DNA from: an uncultured Bacilli bacterium
GTDB lineage: Bacteria; Bacillota_I; Bacilli_A; RF39; UBA660
DNA length: 64,000 nt
Assembly: GCA_947624955.1 (NCBI GenBank)
Contig: CANQMM010000001.1
Coordinates: 962 to 64,961, forward strand
Direction of reading: 5' to 3'
In this document: piece after piece, positions 18,131 through 28,587 of the stretch
Numbering within the stretch: position 1 is the first letter of the stretch
How the letters are laid out: the number at the start of each line of letters is the position of its first letter
The notes under the pieces: generated by a model
What the model was told of the DNA's origin: nothing
What the model saw: only the letters and a program-made list of their open reading frames with translations
Databases searched by the model: none
Translations under genes and position numbers: made by a program

Positions 18131-18987
18131 TGGAAAATATTTTAGAAATTAAAAACCTTTGTAAAAAATATGATAACTTTGAGCTTAAAAATATAACTTT
18201 TAATTTGCCTAAAGGGATGATTATGGGTTTTATAGGTGAAAATGGTGCCGGAAAGACTACAACCATAAAAGCAATATTAGATATTATTAAATCTTATGAT
18301 GGAGAAATTAAAATTTTGGGATTAGATAATCGTAAAGATGAGAGAAAAATAAAAGAAAATATTGGCGTTGTATTAGATGATATGTTCTTTCCTGAAATTC
18401 TTACACCTAATGATATAAATAATGCTATGAGAAGTATTTATAAAAATTGGGATACTAAAATGTTTAATGATTACTTAAAAGAATTTTCATTATTACCCAA
18501 TCAACAAATTAAAAAATTTTCTAAGGGTATGAGAAAAAAACTAGAAATAGCAACCGCATTATCTCATCATCCTAAACTTTTAATATTAGATGAACCTACT
18601 TCAGGGCTTGATCCAGTTGCTCGAGCAGAAGTAATTCAAATATTTCAAAGTTTTATTGAAAAAGATGATTGCTCCATTTTACTATCTAGTCATATTACCA
18701 CCGATTTAGAACACATCGCTGATTATATAACTTTTATCAATAATGGAGAAATCGTTTTATCGAAAACAACTAATGAATTATTAGAACAATATGCCATTGT
18801 TAAATGTACTGAAAAAGAATTTAAAAAAATTAATAAAAAAGACTATATCAAATACCTTAAAGCAAAATATGAATATGAAGTTTTAATCGCCAATAAAAAA
18901 GATTTTAAATCAAAATATGATATTACAGTAATAGATAAAATAACTTTAGACGACCTTATGGTTTTAATGATTAAGGGGGAAGAATAA
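18130..18987 (+). CDS. ABC transporter ATP-binding protein (ABC-2 type)
   Basis: Walker A GENGAGKTT, signature and Walker B LILDEPTSGLD; 1-nt overlap with gntR-like gene. Confidence 0.85.
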   Translation: MENILEIKNLCKKYDNFELKNITFNLPKGMIMGFIGENGAGKTTTIKAILDIIKSYDGEIKILGLDNRKDERKIKENIGVVLDDMFFPEILTPNDINNAMRSIYKNWDTKMFNDYLKEFSLLPNQQIKKFSKGMRKKLEIATALSHHPKLLILDEPTSGLDPVARAEVIQIFQSFIEKDDCSILLSSHITTDLEHIADYITFINNGEIVLSKTTNELLEQYAIVKCTEKEFKKINKKDYIKYLKAKYEYEVLIANKKDFKSKYDITVIDKITLDDLMVLMIKGEE

Positions 18988-19619
18988 TGATAGGATTTAT
19001 GAAAAAAGATTTAGCAATGATTAAAAGCAATTTTAAATTAATTGGGATTTTACTTGTTGTATATGCAGTAATGGGATTGCTTGGAGAAATAGACATATCT
19101 TTTATCTTACCATTTATAAGTGTAATGATAATGATTTCATCTTTTAGTTATGATAATTATAATAAATGGGATGCTTATTCTATTTCATTACCTAATGGGA
19201 GGAAAAATAGCGTAAAGTCAAAATATTTAACAACGATTTTAATGGTTTTTATTACAGCAATAGTTACTACTATTTTATCTTTTATTATTTCTTATGTTAA
19301 TACTAAACCTATTGATTATGAACAAATATTAGTATCAATGTTTGGCATAGTATTTGGAACATTATTAGTTTTTACATTTATGTATCCAATTGTTTATAAA
19401 TTTGGAGTTGAAAAAGCAAGAATTGGTATCTTCTTAATTGTCTTTGGTTTAGTAATTATCGGTGGATTTCTTGCTCAATATATAAATTTATCTTTTCTTG
19501 CCAACACTTTATCATTTTTAGAAGATTATATAATAATTATTTTAGTTATAATAATGATTGCTATGGTTTATATATCATACAAAGTATCCGCAAAAATATT
19601 TAGTAAAAAAGAATATTAG
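18987..19619 (+). CDS. ABC-2-type transporter permease, hypothetical
   Basis: 5-6 TM helices; start overlaps ATPase stop (ATGA). Confidence 0.6.
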   Translation: MIGFMKKDLAMIKSNFKLIGILLVVYAVMGLLGEIDISFILPFISVMIMISSFSYDNYNKWDAYSISLPNGRKNSVKSKYLTTILMVFITAIVTTILSFIISYVNTKPIDYEQILVSMFGIVFGTLLVFTFMYPIVYKFGVEKARIGIFLIVFGLVIIGGFLAQYINLSFLANTLSFLEDYIIIILVIIMIAMVYISYKVSAKIFSKKEY

Positions 19620-19859
19620 GAAGAAAAAGCAAATGATATAAAAATTATATGAAAAGTTTTGGTAATATATCATTAAATAATTAACTTTAAAAGAAATTCT
19701 TAGTAAAGAATTAAAAGAAGATGCAGTTTCTTATATACTGCTGAAGATGGAAAAAAACCTAGATAAATAATTGCATCATTATAAAAGCTTTAAAAAGGAT
19801 ATTTTTAATAAAAATATAAATTTCTTTTTATACATCAAATATATAAAATAATATTAATT

Positions 19860-20411
19860 TTAACTATCTATTAACTCACATTTATAATTATCTTTTGAAC
19901 ATTTTATGGACTGTTGAGGACCATCAAACCCTTTTTTCGCACCAAAATATATATAATCCTTATCTATATTATGTATTGAATATAGCATTAAATTAGTATC
20001 GAATTTTGATATTAAATCCGTTTTTTTGGTTTCAACACCAGACAAAGTATATTCTGATACAGTGCCACCATAACATCTAATAATGTACAATTTATCTAGA
20101 TAAAAATAGTTAGAGCTATCCTTCTTATATTCTGTTGGATAACATGAATCTATTTTATCAAGTAATATATAATCATCATCTGAAATTTTATAAAATAATC
20201 CATTGAATGCAGCCTCAGAATTTTCAGGAGTAATATCAGTAACAATATATTCTTGAGCAATTCTACTTTCACCGGCAAAAATATATCTTACTGTAGTATC
20301 ATATTTTGTTAAATCATAATGTTCAAAGTTTGCATATGGGTCCTTTTTTTCACAGCCACATATACAAAATATTAATGATAAAATTATTAGCATTTTCTTC
20401 AACTTAATCAC
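19860..20411 (-). CDS. Putative lipoprotein, hypothetical
   Basis: Signal peptide MIKLKKMLIILSLIFCICGC with Cys in lipobox-like context. Confidence 0.5.
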   Translation of the reverse strand: MIKLKKMLIILSLIFCICGCEKKDPYANFEHYDLTKYDTTVRYIFAGESRIAQEYIVTDITPENSEAAFNGLFYKISDDDYILLDKIDSCYPTEYKKDSSNYFYLDKLYIIRCYGGTVSEYTLSGVETKKTDLISKFDTNLMLYSIHNIDKDYIYFGAKKGFDGPQQSIKCSKDNYKCELIDS

Positions 20412-20525
20412 CTAAAATGATTATATCATAAATCAAGAAATGATAGGTAAATAATCAAATTTTTAATGTTTCTTTAACATTTGTATATTATCCTTTGAAT
20501 GACAAAAAAGAAAGGAAGAAAAATT

Positions 20526-22118
20526 ATGACAAGAAAGACTAAAAATATTATATCTATTGTAATTATTTTATTAATATGTATAAGTATTGTTTCAACAGGT
20601 TATTTAAAAACAAAGACATCTAATACCAATAATAATTTACCAAATCTGAGTCAAAATGGTAGTCAAACACTAGAAATGCCAAATGGCAATAATCAAGGAG
20701 AGCCACCTGAGAAACCTGAAGGCGAAGTGAATGGCGAACTAGGAAATGGTAATTTAAATATTGGTGAGCCTCCGGAAAAACCTGATGGTGATAACAATAT
20801 GGGCAATCCCCCAGAGATGCCCAATAATAATGGTGGTATGGAACAAATTGGTAAACCTTTAGAGAATAATACCGACAGTAATTATATTTACCTAGTCCTA
20901 TTTGGTATAGAAAGCTTATCTTTATCTCTTATTACAATTTATCTAATAATGTCCGGATTTAATAAAAAGTCTTTAAAAGAAACTTTTGCTAATACTGATA
21001 AAATCCTAATTTATGTTCTAGGAGTAATTCTTTTAACAAGTGGGCTTACTTTTACTGAGAATTCAATTGCTAGTCAAAAAAGTTTAAATAATAAAACTGA
21101 TATAAATATGGAAGAAGTTGATAAAGAAGATGTTGTACTAGATGAAAGTAATACCTTAACTTCAAGCCATATTGATTTATCTAGCCAAAAAACAGATGTT
21201 ACCATTACTACAGCCGGAACATACACTTTTAGTGGTAGTTTTTCTAATTCTATTATTGTTGATGCCCAAGATGAAGATGTCGAAATAGTTTTAGATGGTG
21301 TAAATATTACCAATGAGAAAACAGCAACTATTATCGGTTTAAACGCTAATAAAATAACAATAACCTTAAATGAAGGAACAACTAATACTTTAACAGATGG
21401 TGGTAATTCCAACTACGATGGTTGTATTTATAGTGAAGCGGAATTAGTGTTTGAAGGAAAAGGAAAATTAATTGTCAATGGCAAACAAAACGAAGGTGAA
21501 GGTATTGCTACCGAAGCTAAGAATATGACCTTTAATGGTGGAACATATATTGTAACTTCTAATGATGATGGTCTTAATGCCGGAGGTGACGGCGCAACTA
21601 TAACAATTAATGATGGAACATTTTACATAAATGCATCCGGGGATGGCATTGACTCTAACAAAGATGCTATAATAAATGGAGGAACCATATTTGTAATTGG
21701 CAGTGATATTGGTGGAAATGCCGGAATTGATACCGATAAAGGTTATACAATTAATGGCGGTACCATAGTTGCTCTAGGCAGTGATATGCTAGAAACTCCT
21801 AAAGCATCCTCTAATCAAAAAGTTATTGCTTTTACCCTAGACAATATAGTTACCACAAATACCCCTGTTACATTAATGAAAGATGATGAAGAAATAATTA
21901 GCTTTGCCGCACCCAAGAATTTTAAAACAATTATCATAAGTACTCCGAATTTAACCGATGGTGAATATACCCTATACAAAGGAGGAAGCAATTCCGGAAC
22001 ACTTGAAAACGGTATCTATCAAAATAGTAATTATTCTCAAGGCGAAAAAGTATTAATAAATAATGAAGATGTTTTTAAAATAAATGAAATAATTAGTTCA
22101 TTTGGCAATCAAAGATAA
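20526..22118 (+). CDS. Membrane-anchored protein with Cthe_2159-like carbohydrate-binding beta-helix domain
   Basis: Start re-picked at ATG after aaaggaag; TM; Pro/Glu-rich GEPPEKP repeats; C-terminal repeats GGTYIVTSNDDGLNAGGDG / GTFYINASGDGIDS / GGTIFVIGSD. Confidence 0.6.
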   Translation: MTRKTKNIISIVIILLICISIVSTGYLKTKTSNTNNNLPNLSQNGSQTLEMPNGNNQGEPPEKPEGEVNGELGNGNLNIGEPPEKPDGDNNMGNPPEMPNNNGGMEQIGKPLENNTDSNYIYLVLFGIESLSLSLITIYLIMSGFNKKSLKETFANTDKILIYVLGVILLTSGLTFTENSIASQKSLNNKTDINMEEVDKEDVVLDESNTLTSSHIDLSSQKTDVTITTAGTYTFSGSFSNSIIVDAQDEDVEIVLDGVNITNEKTATIIGLNANKITITLNEGTTNTLTDGGNSNYDGCIYSEAELVFEGKGKLIVNGKQNEGEGIATEAKNMTFNGGTYIVTSNDDGLNAGGDGATITINDGTFYINASGDGIDSNKDAIINGGTIFVIGSDIGGNAGIDTDKGYTINGGTIVALGSDMLETPKASSNQKVIAFTLDNIVTTNTPVTLMKDDEEIISFAAPKNFKTIIISTPNLTDGEYTLYKGGSNSGTLENGIYQNSNYSQGEKVLINNEDVFKINEIISSFGNQR

Positions 22119-22146
22119 AAGTAAATATTAAAATGGAGGTAGTAAA

Positions 22147-22818
22147 ATGCGCATTTTAGTTATAGAAGATGAAGAAACAATCGCTGACGTTATTGCCACA
22201 AAGCTTCGGGCTGAAAAATATGAAGTTGATACGAGTTTTGATGGTGAAGATGGTTTATATAATGCTTTAACTAATATCTATGACTTAATTATTCTTGATA
22301 TAATGCTACCTAAAATGAATGGTTTAGAAATTCTAAAAAAATTAAAAGAAAATGATATAAATGCTAAAGTTATTATGCTTACGGCCAAATCGGAATTAGA
22401 AGATAAGTTAAAAGGTTTTAATACTGGTGCCGATGATTATGTAACTAAACCTTTCCATATCGAAGAATTAGTCGCTCGAGTAAATGTCCAATTAAGAAGT
22501 GTAGGTAATCATAAAGATATATTAGAATATAGTGATTTATCATTAAATATTCGTACATCAACTCTAACTTGTACAAGTACAAATGAGTCAATAAATATTC
22601 CTTATCGCGAATTTTTATTACTCGAATACTTTATGCATAACAAAGAACAAATTGTCTCCAAAGAACAAATCTATGATAAAGTATGGGGTATTGATACAGA
22701 TTATGAATCTAATAACTTAGAAGCTTATTTATCTTTTTTAAGAAAGAAAATAAAAATTATCGGCTCCAAAGTAAGTATTAAAGCCGTTCGTAATTTAGGT
22801 TATAAAATGGAGGAATAA
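22147..22818 (+). CDS. Two-component response regulator, OmpR/winged-helix family
   Basis: Receiver MRILVIEDEE...D53 region LIILDIMLP, K105; C-terminal winged helix; RBS ggaggt. Confidence 0.9.
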   Translation: MRILVIEDEETIADVIATKLRAEKYEVDTSFDGEDGLYNALTNIYDLIILDIMLPKMNGLEILKKLKENDINAKVIMLTAKSELEDKLKGFNTGADDYVTKPFHIEELVARVNVQLRSVGNHKDILEYSDLSLNIRTSTLTCTSTNESINIPYREFLLLEYFMHNKEQIVSKEQIYDKVWGIDTDYESNNLEAYLSFLRKKIKIIGSKVSIKAVRNLGYKMEE

Positions 22819-22822
22819 AGAT

Positions 22823-24049
22823 ATGGAAAATTTAAAGAAGAAAACATTTTTTACCATCTTTATTATAATTTCTTTATTTGCTCTTATCTTTGCTATTTTC
22901 TTTAATGTCCAAACTTATCGTCGAGAGTATGAGGGAATATTAAATAATTTAACAAGAATGAAAAACTTAACTAATCAAAGACCTGAACCATTCGATAAAG
23001 AAATTAAACCATTAAATGAAGATCTGCGTAATAGAAAAGTTATGGATTATGAAGTTTATACATTTATCTTAAATACGGATAATGAGATTGTTGATAAAAT
23101 AAGTCATAGTGATAAGGCAATTAATGATGAAATTATCACTAAAGTCCAAAATATTATTGCTAACAATAAAAGTAGAGTCAAAATTGGTTGCTTATATTTC
23201 CAAAGTTATGCCTACAATTATGAAGAAGGTAACTCTTTAACTATTGTCCACATTTCTAATACGCGAAATATGTTACTTACTAACTTACTCATCTCCTTAT
23301 TATTAGTCGGTATTGGAGAAGTTATTATTTATATTCTTTCTAAAAAAATAACCGAATGGATTACCCAACCGGTTCTTGAAAGTTTTAATCGAGAAAAAGA
23401 ATTTGTTGCTAATGCTTCACACGAACTTAAAACCCCACTTGCTGTTATGATGGCCAGTATTGATTGCTTAGATGTCAGTAAGAAAAATGAAAAATGGATT
23501 AATAATTTAAAAAGTGAAGCCGATCGAATGAGTAATTTAATAACTAGATTACTTGATTTATCTAAAACTGAATACTTGCCAAAAGAAAATTTTAGTAAAA
23601 ATGATATTTCTATGATTATTGAGAAAAGAGCATTAACCTTTGAAAGTTTAGCCTACGAAAAAAATATAACTATCGAAACAAATATTACGGAAAAAATAAA
23701 CTTTCTTTGCCATAAAGAAAGCATCGATGAATTAGTATCTATTTTAATTGATAATGCTATAAATCATAGTAAAGAAAATAGTCAAATTAAGGTTAATTTA
23801 ACTAGTGATAAGTCGGAAATAAAATTGGAAATAATAAATGAGGGCGATCCAATACCACCTGATGAAAGTGAAAAAATCTTTGAAAGATTTTATCGCAATG
23901 ATCAAAGTCATAATCGGAAAAGTGGCAGATATGGTTTAGGCTTAGCCATTGCTAAAAACATCGTAGCAGCCCATAATGGTAATATTAAAGCTTATTCCCA
24001 AAATGGCTATACTACTTTGGAAGTTAGATTTAAAAGCGATGAACATTAA
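22823..24049 (+). CDS. Sensor histidine kinase
   Basis: Two TM; HisKA H-box SHELKTPLAVM; HATPase N, G1, G2 boxes (NAINHS, GLGLAI). Confidence 0.85.
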   Translation: MENLKKKTFFTIFIIISLFALIFAIFFNVQTYRREYEGILNNLTRMKNLTNQRPEPFDKEIKPLNEDLRNRKVMDYEVYTFILNTDNEIVDKISHSDKAINDEIITKVQNIIANNKSRVKIGCLYFQSYAYNYEEGNSLTIVHISNTRNMLLTNLLISLLLVGIGEVIIYILSKKITEWITQPVLESFNREKEFVANASHELKTPLAVMMASIDCLDVSKKNEKWINNLKSEADRMSNLITRLLDLSKTEYLPKENFSKNDISMIIEKRALTFESLAYEKNITIETNITEKINFLCHKESIDELVSILIDNAINHSKENSQIKVNLTSDKSEIKLEIINEGDPIPPDESEKIFERFYRNDQSHNRKSGRYGLGLAIAKNIVAAHNGNIKAYSQNGYTTLEVRFKSDEH

Positions 24050-24125
24050 CCCAAAAAGTTAATGTTTTTTAATGTTTCTTTAATATTTACTTAATAAAAT
24101 GATATTGTATTGAAGGAGGAAGATT

Positions 24126-25592
24126 ATGTTTATATTAAAAAACGCCTGGATTTCCATTAAAAGAAATAAAGGAAGGAATATTTTAATAGGAATAATTATT
24201 TTAATTATTGCCTGTGCTTGTACCATAACTTTGGCAATCAAAAATACGGCTAGTCATTTGATAGATTCCTATCAAAGTGCTTATGACAAAGAAGTAACGA
24301 TAAGTTTTGACCGCACTAATATGATGAAAGACTTTGATCCATCCCAAGCAGAAGGTAGAGAAAATGCTCGAGAAAAATTTGATAATATTGAGAGTTTCAC
24401 CATTAGTGATGTCGAGTCTTTTGCAGATAGTGATTTTATTGAAAGTTATTATTATACTTATAGCGTCGGTTTAAATGGAAGCAATATTGAAAAAGCTGAA
24501 ATTGAATCAAATAATGCTATGTCAAATCCCTTTGGTCACGGCAAAGATAACAATATGTCATCCACTGATTTTACTTTAACTGGTTATAGTTCTCTAGATG
24601 CTATGAGTGAATTTATCAATGGTACTTATACGATGAATGAAATAACGGATAATGCTTGGGATATTGCCTTTAATGGTAACTATGTATTTATAAATCAAGA
24701 ACTTGCTGATTACAATGATCTAAACTTAAATGACAAAATCGAACTAATAAGTGAAGATGGTAATACTTATGAATTTACCATAATTGGTATTTTTAAAGAA
24801 AATGAAGAAGGAACAGAAGAGTCAATGTCGATGTTTTCCAATTCTGCCAACACTATTTTAACCAATGCTAGCGCTGTTAGTAGCATTACAACAAGTGAAG
24901 AAGATATAAAAGCTACAATTAATCCAACTTTTATTATCGATTCATATGATAATGTCGAAAAACTTCAAGAAGAATTTTACGAAAAAGGTTTAGATGAAAA
25001 TTTTGTTCTTCAAACTAATGAAGAAATAGCTTTAAGCGGCGTATCAAGTATCCAAAATATTAATTCTTTTGCCACAACCTTCTTGAGTTTAACCCTTTTA
25101 ATCGGTGGCATAGTCTTATTTGTAATTAATATGATAAATATTCGCGAAAGAAAATACGAAATAGGAGTTTTAAGAACCATCGGTATTAGCAAATTTAAAC
25201 TAACTATGCAATTTGTATTAGAACTTGCTATTGTTTCCGTTGTTGCTCTGATACTAGGTGCCGGAATAGGGGCTTTAAGTTCGAAAGGAGTAAGTAATTC
25301 TTTACTAGAAAACGAAATAAATAGCAGTAATGAAAGAACCGAAGAAATAGGCAAAAACTTTGGTGGAGAAAATATGAATGGCGGAATGCCTAATCGTGGA
25401 GATCGGGGTGAGATGTCAGGTAAAGGTATGCCAGTTGTTCAAGCATATGATTCTATTGACGCCGTAGTAGATATTCAAGTTTTATTAGAATTGCTTGGCA
25501 TAGGACTTTCCTTAGTATTAATAAGTTCGATTGCTTCAATGGTTAGCATTCAGAGATTTTCACCACTTACCATATTGAAAGAGAGGTCTTAA
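24126..25592 (+). CDS. ABC transporter permease, FtsX/MacB-like with large extracytoplasmic domain
   Basis: N-terminal TM, ~250-aa extracellular region, then three C-terminal TM (FtsX topology). Confidence 0.75.
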   Translation: MFILKNAWISIKRNKGRNILIGIIILIIACACTITLAIKNTASHLIDSYQSAYDKEVTISFDRTNMMKDFDPSQAEGRENAREKFDNIESFTISDVESFADSDFIESYYYTYSVGLNGSNIEKAEIESNNAMSNPFGHGKDNNMSSTDFTLTGYSSLDAMSEFINGTYTMNEITDNAWDIAFNGNYVFINQELADYNDLNLNDKIELISEDGNTYEFTIIGIFKENEEGTEESMSMFSNSANTILTNASAVSSITTSEEDIKATINPTFIIDSYDNVEKLQEEFYEKGLDENFVLQTNEEIALSGVSSIQNINSFATTFLSLTLLIGGIVLFVINMINIRERKYEIGVLRTIGISKFKLTMQFVLELAIVSVVALILGAGIGALSSKGVSNSLLENEINSSNERTEEIGKNFGGENMNGGMPNRGDRGEMSGKGMPVVQAYDSIDAVVDIQVLLELLGIGLSLVLISSIASMVSIQRFSPLTILKERS

Positions 25593-25594
25593 TA

Positions 25595-26275
25595 ATGGCA
25601 GCTAAAAAAGATATTATTTTAAGTATTAAAAATGCTAGTTACAGGTATAGCGATGCTGAAGAAGATGACTATGCTTTAAGAAATGTTAGTTTTGACTTTG
25701 AAAGTGGGAAATTATATGCCATAAGAGGACGAAGCGGAACCGGTAAAACAACTTTATTATCTTTAATCAGTGGTCTTGAAAGATGTACTGAAGGTGAAAT
25801 TATATTTGATGGTAAAAGTCTAAAAGATATGAATTTAGATAAATATCGTAATAGTGATATTGGCATTGTTTTTCAAAGTTATAATCTCTTACCATTTATG
25901 ACTGCTAGTGAAAACATCATTCTTTCTATGGATGCCAACGGTCTAAAAATTAAGAATAAAAGAGAAAAAGCTATAGAACTTATGGAAAAAGTTGGTTTAA
26001 AAGAAACTTATGCTGATCGTAAAGTTTTAAAATTATCCGGTGGTGAGCAACAAAGAGTTGCCATTGCTAGAAGTTTATCTTATAATCCAAAAATGATCCT
26101 CGCTGATGAACCAACCGGAAATCTTGATAAGCAGACCGAAACGGAAATATTAGAAATATTTAAAAAACTAGCTCACGAAGAAGATAAATGTGTTATTATT
26201 GTAACCCATTCCCAAAATGTTTGTGATACTGTCGATGTAATATATGACTTGAAGAAAGTTAAAGAAAATAAATAA
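25595..26275 (+). CDS. ABC transporter ATP-binding protein (MacB/LolD-like)
   Basis: Walker A GRSGTGKTT; signature LSGGEQQRVAIARSL; Walker B ILADEPTGNLD. Confidence 0.9.
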   Translation: MAAKKDIILSIKNASYRYSDAEEDDYALRNVSFDFESGKLYAIRGRSGTGKTTLLSLISGLERCTEGEIIFDGKSLKDMNLDKYRNSDIGIVFQSYNLLPFMTASENIILSMDANGLKIKNKREKAIELMEKVGLKETYADRKVLKLSGGEQQRVAIARSLSYNPKMILADEPTGNLDKQTETEILEIFKKLAHEEDKCVIIVTHSQNVCDTVDVIYDLKKVKENK

Positions 26276-26283
26276 AACTAATT

Positions 26284-26314
26284 AGCAAATCCGATAAGTG
26301 ATTTGCTTTTTCTT
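26284..26314 (+). terminator. Intrinsic terminator (AGCAAATC-loop-GATTTGCT + TTTTTCTTT)
   Basis: 8-bp inverted repeat and T-run just after ABC ATPase stop. Confidence 0.55.
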
Positions 26315-26453
26315 TGCCAAAGCAAAAACCCAAATAGTAAAAACTAAATTGCCCAAAGCTTGTTAAAACTTTGTTTGTGCGATATAATAAAGTTAGCAAA
26401 AAGTAAACAGTAAAAGTTCTATAGCTAACACAAACAGAAGGGGAAATATAAAT

Positions 26454-27416
26454 ATGAAAAATGAAATTATATTATTTGAAAATCAAAATGTTAAATTAGA
26501 GGTCAATATGCAAGATGAAACAGTATGGCTTTCATTAGAACAAATGGCTAAACTGTTTGACCGAGATAGAACAGTTATAGCAAGGCATATAAATAATGTT
26601 TTTAAAGATAATGAATTGGATAGGAATGAGGTATGTGCAAAGTTTGCACATACCACAAAACATGGAGCATTATCCGGTAAAACTCAAGTCAAAGAATTAA
26701 ATTACTATAATCTTGATATGATTATAAGTGTAGGTTACCGGGTAAAATCTAAAAATGGTATTATTTTTAGAAAATGGGCAACTAATGTCTTAAAAGATTA
26801 TATGGTTAAAGGTTATGCTGTTAATCAAAAACGATTAGAATATCTAGAGAAAACAATTAAATTAATCGATATTGCCGGTCGAATAGATGACGAATTACAA
26901 GGAACCGAAATCAAAGAAATAATAAAAGTCATAAATAATTATTCCCATGCTCTAAACTTATTAGATGATTATGATCATAAAAAAATAATAAAGCCCAAAG
27001 GAATTAAAAATAATAAAAAAATCACTTATGAAGATTGTAAGAATATAATTAGTAACCTTAAATTTAGTAATGATAGTGAATTGTTTGCACTTGAAAGAAA
27101 TGAAGGTTTAAAAGAAATTATTGGTTCAATATATCAAACTTTTGATGGTAAAGATTTATATCCTACTATTGAAGAAAAAGCCGCTAATTTCTTATATTTA
27201 ATAACTAAAAACCATACATTTATTGATGGCAATAAAAGAATAGCTGCCACATTATTTATCTATTTCTTAGAGTTTTATAATATTCTATATAACGAGAAAG
27301 GACAAGTAATTGATAACAATACTTTAGTCGCCATTACAATACTAATAGCTCAATCTAATCCCAAAGAAAAAAATATACTCATAGACTTAGTAATGAACTT
27401 TTTAGTTTCAAAATAA
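26454..27416 (+). CDS. RhuM-N-terminal domain fused to Doc/Fic domain (death-on-curing-type toxin motif HTFIDGNKR)
   Basis: N-terminal ~130 aa homologous to RhuM gene at 28588 (WLSLEQMAKLF...ISVGYRV...WATNVLK vs FWLTQKTMAELF...IAVGYRV...WATNTLK); C-terminal HxFxDGNKR Doc-type Fic motif; promoter TTGTTA-17-TATAAT at 26360..26388. Confidence 0.65.
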   Translation: MKNEIILFENQNVKLEVNMQDETVWLSLEQMAKLFDRDRTVIARHINNVFKDNELDRNEVCAKFAHTTKHGALSGKTQVKELNYYNLDMIISVGYRVKSKNGIIFRKWATNVLKDYMVKGYAVNQKRLEYLEKTIKLIDIAGRIDDELQGTEIKEIIKVINNYSHALNLLDDYDHKKIIKPKGIKNNKKITYEDCKNIISNLKFSNDSELFALERNEGLKEIIGSIYQTFDGKDLYPTIEEKAANFLYLITKNHTFIDGNKRIAATLFIYFLEFYNILYNEKGQVIDNNTLVAITILIAQSNPKEKNILIDLVMNFLVSK

Positions 27417-27528
27417 ATTTGATAAATAAATGGATTTGAAACCGGTGGAAATATTAATAAATTTTGGTTGCATACCAAATGATAATTACTTATAATATTT
27501 GTTATATATTTTGGAGGGAATGATTTTT

Positions 27529-28437
27529 ATGAAGGCAGAATTAGCTCATAACGTAGTAGCTTTAGCGCATATCTTTGGTTTAAAAATTACTAATTGGGTA
27601 GAGATTAATAATAGTATTAATTTTTATCACAACGATGTATTTGTAGGGAGTATCTCTTTAGAAAAGAGCGAATATACCGATGAATTTAATTTTACTATAG
27701 GCCATGCGTTCACTCTTTACCCATCAATCGGCCAAATAAAAGGAGTATATGAACCAGTTCGTGATGCCTTTTTCTATTCTTTTGCCAGAGTTAATTACAA
27801 CCAAACCGATTATAATAATACACATGGATTTGCTAGTAATTTATTGGCAAATGACAAAAAGATAGGCATATATAGAGATAATTCGCATAGTAGAATATCT
27901 TCAGAAGTTAAAATGACTAATACTAGTATCGAAATAAGAAGAAGAACTACCGAAGGTATATGGGATATTTTCGAATGTGCTTTGAATAATCTTCAAGAGA
28001 TGGAGACAGCAAGTCGTATTAAGCCTATAACCATAGAATTCAATTACATTAAAAGCGGTAAAGGTAAAGTTTTTAGTGAAGCTAAAATGTATATAGAAGA
28101 AGAAATAGAAAGTAAATCTTTTACGATTACTTTTAAATTCTTAAAAGAAAAATATACTACAAAAGTAAATTATAATGGAATTACTAGCATAGGAAAGTTA
28201 CAAAGTTTATATTTTGCTACGTTAATTGAAGAAATAAAAAGCAAGTGCCCAGATTTTGCCGCCTTAATTGATAAAGTAAAAGAAGAATTAAGCTTTCCTT
28301 ACTTTGGCGATAAAAGCATAAGCCTTTATGATAACATCGCTAATATGTGTTTAGATGATCCCGCATTCGCACTTTCTTTAGCTAGTCCTGCTGCTCCAAC
28401 CCCGGGAAATACAGCTAGGTTTGTTTTGAAATTTTAA
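27529..28437 (+). CDS. Hypothetical protein (302 aa), no recognisable motifs
   Basis: Start re-picked at ATG after GGAGGG (track starts 27499); soluble; lies between Doc-fusion and RhuM genes. Confidence 0.5.
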   Translation: MKAELAHNVVALAHIFGLKITNWVEINNSINFYHNDVFVGSISLEKSEYTDEFNFTIGHAFTLYPSIGQIKGVYEPVRDAFFYSFARVNYNQTDYNNTHGFASNLLANDKKIGIYRDNSHSRISSEVKMTNTSIEIRRRTTEGIWDIFECALNNLQEMETASRIKPITIEFNYIKSGKGKVFSEAKMYIEEEIESKSFTITFKFLKEKYTTKVNYNGITSIGKLQSLYFATLIEEIKSKCPDFAALIDKVKEELSFPYFGDKSISLYDNIANMCLDDPAFALSLASPAAPTPGNTARFVLKF

Positions 28438-28507
28438 AAATATATTAATAATGGACAAATTCTTTTATTTAAAAGATTTGTTTTTTATTGTAAATTAAAA
28501 TAGTATA

Positions 28508-28536
28508 TTGCCAAACAAATGTTCTTGATATATAAT
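28508..28536 (+). promoter_or_regulatory. Sigma-A promoter (TTGCCA-17-TATAAT) with AAAC-AAAT-GTTC inverted repeat in spacer
   Basis: Same TTGCCAAAC...TATAAT architecture as the DinD-like promoter at 16676; inverted repeat 28514..28525 matches GAAC-N4-GTTC on one half-site. Confidence 0.45.
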
Positions 28537-28587
28537 ATTTTTATCAAAGGATTTACTATGCCAAAAAAGAAAGAGAGGATTTTTATA

